Source: Trichoplax adhaerens
Taxonomy: Eukaryota > Animalia > Placozoa
Direction: 5' to 3'
DNA: 64,000 nt
Assembly: GCF_000150275.1 (NCBI RefSeq)
Contig: NW_002060948.1
Location: 2,410,180-2,474,179 of the forward strand
The notes beneath the pieces are model-generated. The model saw nothing but the letters and a program-made list of their open reading frames with translations. It was not told the DNA's origin and ran no database searches. The stretch's first letter is position 1. Each line of letters opens with the position of its first letter. The position numbers and the translations under genes were made by a program. Positions 1 to 12,118 of this stretch are shown piece by piece.

Positions 1-91
1 AGTTTCACTTAATTACAATTATTGTTTTTATTCTTTGGCCAAGATATTCAAAGTCTTTCAAGTTTAGAAAGGTAATAAAGTTCCCATTAGG

Positions 92-895
92 AAGCTGGAT
101 TTAGTATCGTCAAAAATCCAGTTATCAATTACAGTATATCGGATTGATAAGCAACTTATAGTGTAAATAATATGTCATTAAAGTCGTCAGATTACACTTG
201 GATAATCTCTTATCAATAATTCCGCTAATAAAATTTAAAATAGTGAATAAGCAACGGTTCATTAGCTGTCAGTATGCTAGATAACATTATTTCAAACAGG
301 GATCACAAATATAGTTAAAAAAAAGCCCCTACTATTTAGTTATTCTCAACTGTCTAAAACTTCTTTCTAAATTAGATAGGCCGTTAATCTTCATATTTTT
401 ACGAAAGATAGTTCAATGCCTAATTAAGCCGATTTATATGGCCACTTTTATGAATTTTTGATCATATCCATATTAAACCCTATCTATTAAGTCTTTCATA
501 TTTGAAGTTGGATTTAGTATAGTTAAAAAGCCAGCTATCAATTACAATTTATCAGATTGATAGGCAATTTGTCGTTGTAACAATGTACTGTATCATCAAA
601 GCCAACAGCATGGATAATTTCTAGTCATAATAATCTGCTAATGAAATCCCAAATAGCGGATAGGATTGAGTTTTGAGCTGTTAGTATACTAAATAAAATT
701 ATACCAAACAGGGATCACAAGTATAGTTAAAGGTGGTTTTATTATTTAGTAATTCTTTCAACTATCTTAAACTTTCTAAATTAGGTAGGCCATTAATCTT
801 CATGCTTTATTTTTACGAAAGATAATTCAGGGCCTAATTAAGCCGAATATGCGACTGCTTCCATGAATTTTTGATCGTATCAGTATCGAACCTAT
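92..895. repeat. Diverged tandem duplication, two units with a period of about 412 bp
   Basis: ggatttagtat...tatcaattaca...caaacagggatcacaa...tttacgaaagata...gcctaattaagccga...atgaatttttgatc recur at about 98-480 and 510-890. Confidence 0.85.
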
Positions 896-1483
896 CATTC
901 AATCAATACAAAAATCTTGGATAATCACAACAGAAATTTAGGAGATCTGCTATACAACATACCGTATCGATAACATTGTTTGCTATTACTATATAAAGAA
1001 GGATTGAAGTTTTCTATTCGCAATTATCGCTCTCTGTAAGCAAATAGCGGAGGTTTTCAAAAGTTACGTTAACATCGATGATTAAATTCATACCGTACGC
1101 AGAACGTACGGAATCAACAATAGGATTGTATGAAGCACTTGTCAAAAGTGGATCCCCCAATTTTTCTGATGCAATGGTGTGACTTACGGTAACTAAAGTA
1201 GTTTATAAATCCATAAGCGATCATTGAAAGGTACTGATCAAGTGTCATGTCTTTAATAAAGGAGAGTAATATTCATATAGAGTCTAACTCTTTCGAAAGG
1301 ACAAACCCACGAAAAAATTGTATACCAATTAAACCTTACGTTTGTTACAAACTGCCAAGAATCTACGGGCTAATCAGTAATCGATCAATCAATGCAGGAA
1401 ATGTGGTATGGACAGATAGATTATTCAATTATAATGTCAAATAAAATGCTTGATGATTATCAAATTTAGACCAGATCGGCTGT

Positions 1484-2048
1484 TGAGATAAAATTCGATC
1501 ACGAATATTCCAAGTTGTGGAAAATTAGAACTTGATCAGATCTGATATAAAGACTAGCTACGCACAGCTCTACTCTAGCCGAATACAACTACCGAAAGAC
1601 TTGTAGAAAGAACTGACTGAACAATCTAAAGTTGCCAACTTATATATATTTCGTAGCAGTCATAGCCACAATCAGTATAGCAACATTCTACCTTAATTTA
1701 CACTTATTCAAATTATTATTAGTAGCAACATTTTACAGCGGACCATCATTCATCCGATATGGAAACAACCGTAGTATTTCCGTAGATATTATTCTTAGCA
1801 GTCAAAGTACGGTAAACTAAGTATATCTTAATATATGATTTACAGATCTGTTTTTACCTCTAGCCTTAATAGTAACTGGACATCTTACTATATATATAGT
1901 CATCTGTACTATAGCATAGAATCTAGCATTACAGTCGACAGTAGCGAGCTTTCAAGTACGTCTTAAGATAAATATAGAAAGTTACGCTCCCGTACATCTT
2001 ACTAAACACAGCTAAAAGTCTACAATCACCATAATAATTTTCGTTACA
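1484..2048 (+). mobile_element. Solo-LTR-like element, family B, copy 1 (565 bp)
   Basis: Starts TG, ends ACA, flanked by a perfect 5-bp duplication GCTGT (1479-1483 / 2049-2053); homologous end to end with 10526-11073. Confidence 0.8.
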
Positions 2049-3261
2049 GCTGTTGAGAATAACAATCTAAATAGTCAACATCATTGAAATAAATAATTCA
2101 ATGATAAAAAAACGTCTGGATGTCATAGAAAGCGAGTTGTAAATAGTAGAATAACAGTAGAAAAGTGTTAACAGTTTATATTTTATCAAAAGAATCCGCA
2201 ACTGTCTATCAATTAGATTTACCACAATTTGCATTCGATCTAATAGCAATATTACGTACCAGCAAATCATGAAATTCTTTTCTATTAAAGCAAAATTAGA
2301 TCTTGAGGCAATAGACTAAGTTTAGTATCGACTTAAAGTCAATTTATTTCTGTAGTCTTCACGGTAAAAATATAATCCAAGCGATTGGAAGTTAGGTTTT
2401 AAATAATAAATTTTAACAATTAATACCGGTAATAAAATAGATTATCTTTCTTTGTTTTTGTTAATTTTTGACCTCAAAAAGCTGTGACGACCCTTTTTCG
2501 AAGAAATCCATTAGTAGTAAATATAGGAAAGTTTAATACAATAGCATTGAAAATTAAAATATTAGTACCAGAATCCCCCAAATACTAACAGTTAGAAACT
2601 GTATGAAACATGACTATCATTTCTTCGCATTCGTGTAGCATAATTTGATCAATTTCTGTAATTGAATCCATGAATAATTTACTTTTTATTTTAGATCAGA
2701 TTGAAAATGAAAAACTTTAAAAATTTTTAGACCATGTAATTAAAAGTCTCTTTTGACACTTTTTCATATAGATAAAATTTAATTTGATCAATTCTATAGT
2801 CAAAATTACATGTATTTTGGACCTACCTGCACTAGGTTACATTTTAGACGGACAGTTTTCTAAAATTATTAGGCTATATGAATACAATTAAAATTCTCTC
2901 ATACTATCACTGCATAAAAATACAACTTAAATTTATTAAATTCTACAACGAAAAATTGCACATACTTCGTGTATCTGTAAGTAGATCGGATTAAAATAAA
3001 TGATATCTAGAAATTAGGCTACAGCAAGATTTCTCTATTCGGAGTAACCATTGGTGGGACAATTTGTGCTAAAAGCAAAACTCGAATTATTCCCATAAAG
3101 GAATTAATCTTTGGTAAAATTAGAATATTACCCGCCGTTAAGATTTGATCCCATAAATTGAATCTAATTACGGCAATAAATGATTGAAAATGATGACGCG
3201 TTTAAGTCATTATTCTTTGAATCTATAACATTATCATAAGGAAAAGATTTAAATAAAGTGA

Positions 3262-3884
3262 TGTCACAAAACAGCTTTGCAACAAGATAACGTAATGCAC
3301 GATCAATAAGTCAGTTCCTTGAACCACGTATCAAGGAACGATATCTGCACTATCAGAAACACTTTTGCTCTACTAGCAGACTACACTAAGACTTAGACGC
3401 CTCGTATTTTACATTAAACACTCAGTTTAAGAATCCACTTTAATACACGATATACTGCATTTATATACTCTTCCTCAATAGTTCATGAGTCATAGTTAGT
3501 ACGATTAACTTTGGAATCGTTCACTGAATTAGATATTAATTTTAGCTACTGCTCTCTTAATGTAGACAACAGTAATTACGACATCTGATTACTAATACAG
3601 AATAGTCAGATTACGATATGTCCTATCATGGAACATTTCTACAATAATTTACAATCTATCATAAGTAAGTTACAATCACAATAATTCGAACTGTAAGTAG
3701 ATGATTTGTATTCCCTATTATAACTATTAATTTCAGTATGTGTATAGGTGTCACTGTCATAAAAAGTCAGTGCTATATTAAAACACAGTATATCCAAATT
3801 AGAAGTTAACTAAATAAGGATAGGCTAACAGAATTATCCTAACATAGATATTTCTACTCTAATACAGTGTATAACACCGTCACA
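3262..3884 (-). mobile_element. Solo-LTR-like element, family A, copy 1 (623 bp)
   Basis: TGT...ACA ends, perfect TSD AGTGA (3257-3261 / 3885-3889); near-identical inverted match to 15001-15635. Confidence 0.85.
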
Positions 3885-6213
3885 AGTGATTTCACTTCAA
3901 CAGAGATATTTTACTCGTGCAACTTAACATTGGTACACAGAATTCGTATTAAGAATACAAATAGATAGATAAAAATGCTGAATTCTATTCATGAATTATT
4001 TATAATAGTATTTGGCAGTAGAAATTGAAAGAGAAATATACTACTTCCTATCTGTAATGAAATCGACGTTAATACGAACTAATATTTTTTTATTCTTTCT
4101 GGAGTTTAGTCGAGTTAGCAGTAAAATTTTATCATTTTAACCTTTACATGGCAATTATCACAAATAATAACTACCAAAAATGCTCATTTCAAGACTGAAT
4201 TTACAATGTTTCCACGCTTTATTTTCTCGCGGTTAACTGTTATAAGGACGATTGTGCTATCTTTGCAAAGATTTTTATATTGTATTTGACTGGCGAAAGT
4301 TATTATATACTAATTTACTGTGTCATCATAGCTATACGCGTACAACTACAACCACTAAGATCCCGCAAACGCATTTAAATTATCTTGAATAATGAAGTTG
4401 AGTATACGCCAATATTGGCTATAAGTTAGTAGAACTAACTTTTGACCGAAGTCGTATAGTTTAGAATATTATTCACATATGCCAGTGCGGAAACAGATAT
4501 AAATGTATTACGATAGATGAGTAGTTCATACATTTATAAACATCAAATTAAAAATTATTTTATATTTGAATCTTTTAAGTATCAAAATTGTGTAGTTGCT
4601 ATACTATCCGATACCATTTCTACAATTTAGGTGACGTAATTTAACTGTACGAATGCTTAAAAGTATGGTTAATCAGTAGGGAAATCAGGATTAACACCAC
4701 CTATAGCATTATTGTTTGGATTGATATGATCCTAAAATACAGATGATGAATCAGAATTTAATTCTATTAAATTATCTAGAGTCAAAATTCATAATGTGAT
4801 TTCATATTCTATCGAAATCGGTATTCAATGTCATCATTTTAAATAGATCGTGAAAATTTAATATTAAACCTTCTATTCCATTTTACAAAAAATTAGAATT
4901 TATTAATTTTAACCAAAACCCGTACTCAAAGAATAGCTGGCCAAAGTAAATTATAAAATTAACTTGATTTTGTCATAAATATTCAACTCCAGTTACCAGA
5001 TTACGGTGTTCAACTTTTATTTTTCTTCATAAATCTTTCGCATACTGTCCATATGAGTAATTACGATTTTCTTTTATAGAAACATTTAGTAGATTTATGT
5101 GGATATAACCATTGTAAAAGATAAAAAATATCTAGAAATATTCAGTGAAGAGGCTAAGATAATCCTCTGGTTCAATTAACTTATGAATTCGCCCAAACTA
5201 CTAGCATATACCATGAATGAATTTGATTCTGTCTGCTCAGAAAGAGATAATTCTACAAAATTTAGAGTTCGCATGATTGGTCTGTATCTCTTTTTTAATG
5301 TTCAGTTAGGTACCAAATTTACATACCTAGTGTTCCGGTTAATAATCTCTTTCTATAACAATATCAGCGTACGGCAATGTAAGATAATCACTTCAATAAT
5401 ATACGCTATTTCAACAACGATTTATCACTCTAATAACAAAATATTAGTTGCTATTCCTTGATTCGTGTTAGTTTGAATGTGAATACCTCATTACTATTTG
5501 CAAAGATTCTTAATCTTCAAATATATAGTTTAGTAAAAAATATCAAAATTTATGTATGGATAAAGTGCTTATAAATATAAACGAAAGCTCATTGTTAAAC
5601 TTGTAACTATATCAGAGTAATCAAATATCTAACTTCGGTATCGTCATTTTATTAAATCAAGTTTTTAAGATTTAGTTTCTTACCTTCGGCTAAATATAGA
5701 AGAGATGTATGTAACTTCAATAAGAACCGTTTTCATTCAGTTTATTTTAATAATTCCAATAGGGTAGCACTCCCGGTGGTGGAAGAATTCAAATTACCAA
5801 AATAGTGGAACAAGTAGAAAGACTATCATAGTGGTCAAGATTAAGTTCATATTATAAGACTTCGAAAGCAATTTTTCGTATCAATTTTTATTAACGATTA
5901 GGTGAAATTCATACATCGTAATACGATCAAAAGTTTTCTCATCCAATATCAGTTGTTACTTGTATGATGATAATGATACGTAAATCTAAGTGCGGTGTAG
6001 TAATTATATGAATTAGCTACAATGTAATTTCAATAGCTTTGCCGACTTTTTTGTTTTTACCTTTTCATTTCATTTCTTATTAACGTGGTCATTTTGTTAT
6101 TGCCTAAATCATTTCATCTATTCAGCTATTGTCTACTAGATTTTATATAAATATATACTTAGTTAATCTATAGCCGTTGGCATGTAGATAGGATAAAATT
6201 CAAGAATAAAAAA

Positions 6214-6414
6214 ATGGATATCAAAACAAAGTTCATTGCGTTTTTTAATTGCAATTTTTATAAAGAATAATACGATACGATAGTAAAGATAATAGCAATT
6301 ACAGAGAGCTATGAGAATTTATCATTAACAGTGAAAGATTTGGAAAGAGAAGGTGGAGGAGGAATAAAGCTTATAGTAGAAATGATAAAGGTTCAGATTC
6401 TGCTTTTACATTAA
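6214..6414 (+). pseudogene. Possible decayed non-LTR retrotransposon apurinic endonuclease fragment
   Basis: One frame reads MDIKTKFIAFFNCNFYKE*YDTIVKIIAITESYENLSLTVKDLEREGGGGIKLIVE, resembling EEP motifs I (..N....), II (IIxITEt) and III (D..GGG.xxxV); internal stop and compressed spacing. Confidence 0.3.
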
Positions 6415-9400
6415 TTTCCACTTTCTATTTATAAGATCATCTATTCAGTTGAGAATAGTTGGGCCACTTCCTTACAAAAATTCCTAAAAAATGAGAATAA
6501 CACTACTTTTCTTTTCTTTTTGCTCTTTAAGTATTTTTTCTTGAAATTGTATATTATTGAAAGATATGATCAAATACTGTTGAGAGTATTAAATAGAAAT
6601 ATTGTCTAAATATTAGGTGTTTCCCACTTTACGAGATATAATTATTCGTATTCCTATGGAATACCAGTAGTATGTAAGTCGGCTCTTTGCATAATAAAAA
6701 AGTAGTGAAATTAAGTATTTATGATTTGGCCCAATTCTGGTCAGCTAAGAAATACTGCTGTTGATCACTTACTATTGTTTACTATTTACACTTTTAGATA
6801 TAGAGCGGCCAACTTAATTAGTTAGAATACCGCTAAGTTTGCTCATTGCCTCAAAAAGAAGAGATTGTCTTACATTTTACCTCTTATTTAGGCATGCTGA
6901 CATGTTTTGATTACTATTGTACGTACGAGCCTGAAACAGTCTTGATCTGAATCGACATCTTGACTCTATCATGCGTATAGGTATTTAACGTGTACTATTT
7001 TCGCTATTCCGATGGTGCATAGCTCGTACTAAAATGATAATATGAAATCGAAAGCCATTCTCATTTTGTATTAATTTCTACTCATCGTATTCAATTGATT
7101 TTCATTCAGTAATTATAATGGAAGAATATATTTTAAATCTTTATCTATTGCTATTATCGATTCTAACACAAAGGCAGTATACACTAATCATATCTTTATA
7201 AAAATAATTTATACTTATTAGGGACGCAATTACTCTTTCTTGTTGACTTTTTGTCCTTTCTTCTGATAAAGGAAGGTTCATATGGTAACACCCCTGATTC
7301 TATGGCACTAATAAATAATTTTTATTAATTCCACCGATTTAGCACATTTTGCAAGGATAAAATATTCTATAAATAAGTCTGCGACTTTATTTTAGATAAA
7401 ATTTAAAAAATTTTAAATATCATTCATAAGCTGGTCTACGAAATTTCAAGGATAGTAGTTTTAGTTGTTAATTTTCTTTACTGCTATTTGATGATACAAT
7501 TCATGGATTTATTGTACGATATTTTTTCAGTTCATTATATCAGCATGTGGGCGCTGATTAAATGTTATTTCATATTAATACTTTTTATTATGCAGTCATT
7601 GAAAGTGTTATTAATTTAAAATCACATCAATCAAAAGCACACGAAACAGCTGCCAAAAAATGGATTATTTTCATTAACCATATCATTTACGCAATTAAAG
7701 CTACATTAACTGACATAATTAGGATTCTGGTCACAAAGTAAACTAAACTATATGAATAACGTAATAATTATGATTGGGGAGTATCAATTTTAATGATATC
7801 TTGTCGTATTAAAAAAGATAATCTCTCCATTAATATCTTCATCTAAGGCTAACATAATTCAAGTAAGAGTTTAGCTAATAATACTGTATATTTATTTGCT
7901 TCAAGTTTTTTTAAACAGTTTCGATAAAAATGATTTATTTTTGCATTGCAAATAGATTCATAACAGCGCACTTTTCTTTCTTGCTTTGTTATAATGAAAT
8001 CGATGTTTGACATTTTCCAGATTGTAAGTAACCTCTACAAATCTATTTAGAATATATTCGCAATTATGCATCAAGATAATGTTACCAGTTGCATAATTAA
8101 TCATAAAGAGTGCTTTATCTTATCTCAAAATCAGTATCATATAAAAATCAATTAGCGTGAATTTTCGATATCGCTGTAGTAAAGATCTATCATTGTAATA
8201 CCTATTGCAATAAATGAAACGTCGTCTTCGTTTTAACTTTGTTTAATTTGTAAAAATATAATTTTTGATCAATATGTGATCGTTATCATGCGGAATGAAT
8301 AGAACAAACAATTGTAAATTATTAGGTGTCATATACTGTTATTTAACGCACTACCAAGCATTCCTATCGTTATTTACTATGATCAACGCCAAATTCAATC
8401 TTTATAAAAGTCTTATCACGAAAAATTGACGATAATCCCGTGAAATAGTTACATCAATAGCAATTTCATGAAGAATATTATAATTAATTACCATCTAGAA
8501 GAAACATCTAACCTGACCTTATTTCCTATTAATTAGCATAGCGATATTGCTACACTTAAAGGTAAATTTATATTTCAAACCACTGTTATTTCTATACTTT
8601 AATCAGCATTTCTGCTTTATATAAGAAATGCCTCATTATATAATTGACAAAACCAATTCAAAGTATCGCTTTACCATTTCATTCAAATAATATATAATAT
8701 GAATTCAATTTAGCACTATACCGTACTTGTTAGCAAGCTTTCATCGCACTAAAAAATAGAAACTCTAATTAATAATACATTACAAAGATGAAAAGAAACA
8801 TCTAAAATTTGAATGTAATGCTACCTTGTAGTTATACTCAACGATACTCGTATATATGCCAAACTTATTTATATTTAAAATCGCAAACATGTAATGAGAT
8901 ATAGTTTAATATTAGACGTTAATATGTAAATATTACAGCGGTGTATTAATCATTATAAGAATTTAATTTATCATAATTGTTATGCTATTACTGTCATAGA
9001 ATGGCTAGATCTGGATATCTCAAAATGAATAGCAGCACAAAGATTAATTTTGACTCACTGAAATCAGGCCTTGAATTCCTATAAAATTCGTCACTGTGCA
9101 ATAGTAAAAGCGCAGATATACTTTATGCGATACTTTCATTCTGTGTATTTACGGTCATGCTCTTTATTTAGATTTATCCTTTGTTTCGTTGTCTTTCTAA
9201 TATCCTATTATATTATCAGTAGCTTGTTTTCTGATGTAGTTCAAATTTCCAGTTATTGTATAGCTGCTATTTCTGTACTTACTTTATATAGGTCCTATAA
9301 GGTGAGGGCTATTCAGTAGTCTTAGTTGTATCCACTCATACTCCAGGAAGAGTTATAATGTTTATTTATAGCAAGCCCGTATTCATCAATATGATCTCTG

Positions 9401-10258
9401 TAAAGATATATGACTAATAGGCTCATAATAGCGATTATGACCGAGTAAGCATAGTTCTGAAAAAATTGGATTAGTAATAATACCAGTGTTTCCTCCATTG
9501 TGAACACACTTCAGCCAGCATGTATACCGTCCTTCGTTGAGCATTGGAGGAGAATACCAGCACCCTTTATGAATTATCACAAAATATCTAAATCATAATT
9601 TTACCGAATAATATATTACTAACAATCGTCATATAGATTTCGCTTTGATCATAATATCTCTCAACTACAGCCGCAGTGCGGCTATAGTTACTTTTATATC
9701 GTTTCAGGAGCTCGATAATTAAGCAATAGGTACAGTACATAAATAATGTATTCGGTAAGTTTAAATAGCATCGCTACAATGAATTGTAAGAGAGTAAATG
9801 CTATTCATTGACAAAAACAAACATGTTAAAAGTGCTAATGTATTTTTCTTTATTGAATATTATTATTAAGATCTATCTCAATTCATAAAAACATGCTATT
9901 TCCACTAACACCGGCTATGAATAAAATCAAAGAATTAAAGTTACTTTTACTTTAATTACGAAATATAGGTTTCCTTTCTTTAAACTATGAATGTACTACC
10001 TCTATAAATTATTGTTTAATAAAACGTTATATTTGGTAATGATCAACTTCTATCGAGTTATCCTTATATCTCCACTACGATTACGGAGAAAGAATTTCTA
10101 TAGGGATAGCTACGTTGATTCCGTAAGCCAGCATATTTTCCATTTTCTATGGATGTATTTTAAGATATCTGTAATTAAAAAATAACCAAAATTTTGCAAG
10201 AGCATCGAGTAAGTATTATAGTCGATCGGCTTTATACCACTATTGCCTTTTATTGCAA

Positions 10259-11442
10259 TGTGATACACTGTAATATCGAGATTACAGTAGAAACATCTAT
10301 GTTAGAATAATTTTATTGATTTACTGTTATAGGAAGAGTTTCTAATTTAGATATGTGATATTTAAATATAGCACTAGCTTTTATGGTGATATATACTATA
10401 CAGCCTACTGAAATTAGTAGTTTAATTAGGTGATCGAGAATAATCTTCTTACAATTCAAATCACTATGTTTGTAATTTACTTATGATAGATTATAGATTA
10501 TCGTAGAAATGTTCCGTGATAGGACTGTGATATATACCGATCACGAAATTCCAAATTTTAGAAAAATAAGGGCTTTATTGAATCTTATACAGAGATTAAC
10601 TACACACAGCTCTACTCTAGCCGAATACTACTACTAACTGAATAATCTAAAGTTGCATGCTTTTATACTTTTCGTAGCATTCGCAGCTACAATCCGCATG
10701 GCAACCTTTTACCTTATTTTACACATAGTAAAATTATTCTTAGTAACACTATTCTACTTCGGACCGTCATTAATCCGATATGGATACGACTACAGTATTT
10801 ACGTAGACATTATTCACACCAGCCAAAGTACATTACAATGAATTAACCTTATCCTAAAAAAATGATTTACAGTTCTATTTTTACCTATAACCTTATTAGT
10901 AACTTAACACCTTACTGTATATAGTCATCTATACTCTAGCATAGAATTTATACCACTACAGTCTATAGTTATGGCTACCAAATATCTCTTAGGATAAATA
11001 TAGAAGTTACGCTGCCGTACATTATACTAAACATGGCTAACAGTCTACAATCACAATACTAAGTTACATTACAAGGACATATTGTAATCTGACAATTTTG
11101 TATTAGTCATTCGATGTCTATGTTCGTAAATACTGTTATCTTCATTAGGAAGTAGCAGATAAAATTAGCTTTTGATTTATTATCAGGTTTCAACATTAGT
11201 ATTACTAACTAGGACGTCTTTGCTATTGTAAAAGAGTATATAAATGCGATAAATCGTATAATAAAGTTAGTTCCTATGATTAATGTTTAACGTAAGATAG
11301 GAGGCGTCCAAGTCATTTTGTAGTCTACTAGTATAGGAAAAGTGTTTCTAAAAGAGTAGATACTGTTCACTGATACGTGGTTCCGGGAATCGACTGATTG
11401 ATCGTGCATTACGTTATCTTGTTGCAAAGCTGTTTTGTAACA
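10259..11442 (+). mobile_element. Older family A copy, interrupted by a family B element
   Basis: 10259-10525 and 11074-11442 align collinearly with 15001-15635; ends TGTAACA; TATATAAAT then AATAAA retained; no TSD recognisable. Confidence 0.78.
10526..11073 (+). mobile_element. Solo-LTR-like element, family B, copy 2 (548 bp), nested in a family A copy
   Basis: TGT...ACA ends, perfect TSD AGGAC (10521-10525 / 11074-11078); the empty site GTGAT-AGGAC-ATAT is seen in the uninterrupted family A copy near 15256-15269. Confidence 0.88.
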
Positions 11443-11504
11443 CCTTAATAAACAGAATCAAGCAATAAAATAAGATTGACTTTGGCTTTTATTACAATAT
11501 TAAT

Positions 11505-12118
11505 TTACTGCTGAGAATAGATTAGTGAACTCTACGCTAAGATAATTTTAACAACTTAACCTTTATTGGATAACTTCAAATTTAGATACGTTGAAGATCA
11601 AATTACCTTGACTTATTGTATCTATTATCAGACAGTAGAATTAAGGTCAACAATCATACGTGATAGGTGAAATTATACTGATCGCAGTTCAAACCATTTT
11701 AGTTGTAACTATATTACAGCAGATTGCATAGAATCATGTGAATACATATTTTAATCAGAATATCTTGTATTAGTCAATGGTCATCTATAATGTATCTGTA
11801 CATAACTTCTACCTTTAATTAGATGATTAAAAGTAAATGTGCTATCTGATTTTATTCGAAGGTTACGGATACAATTTATAAGATACTAGAAATAAATAGT
11901 AGAAAAGAATATAAGTACAAACGCGGTATATCATACAATAAAGAAAGTTCTTAAAATTAGCGTTTAATGTAAACCACGAGTCACCTAAGTCTTTGTGTTG
12001 TCCGCAAGTAAAGGAAAACTTATTCTAGATAGCACACATATTCGACTCTGATACGTGGTTTAAGGTTCGACTTATAGAATGTAAATTGTGCTAACTTATT
12101 GCAAAGCTATTTGTAAAG
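11505..12118 (+). mobile_element. Highly degenerate family A copy (boundaries approximate)
   Basis: Collinear blocks shared with family A: taacttc-aattt-gata, gtttaatgtaaa, ctaagtctttgtgt, tgatacgtggtt, ttgcaaagc. Confidence 0.65.

Noticed and set aside
9322-9580. Overlapping short ORFs in a GC-richer patch
   Set aside because: No motif or splice support for a gene in any frame.
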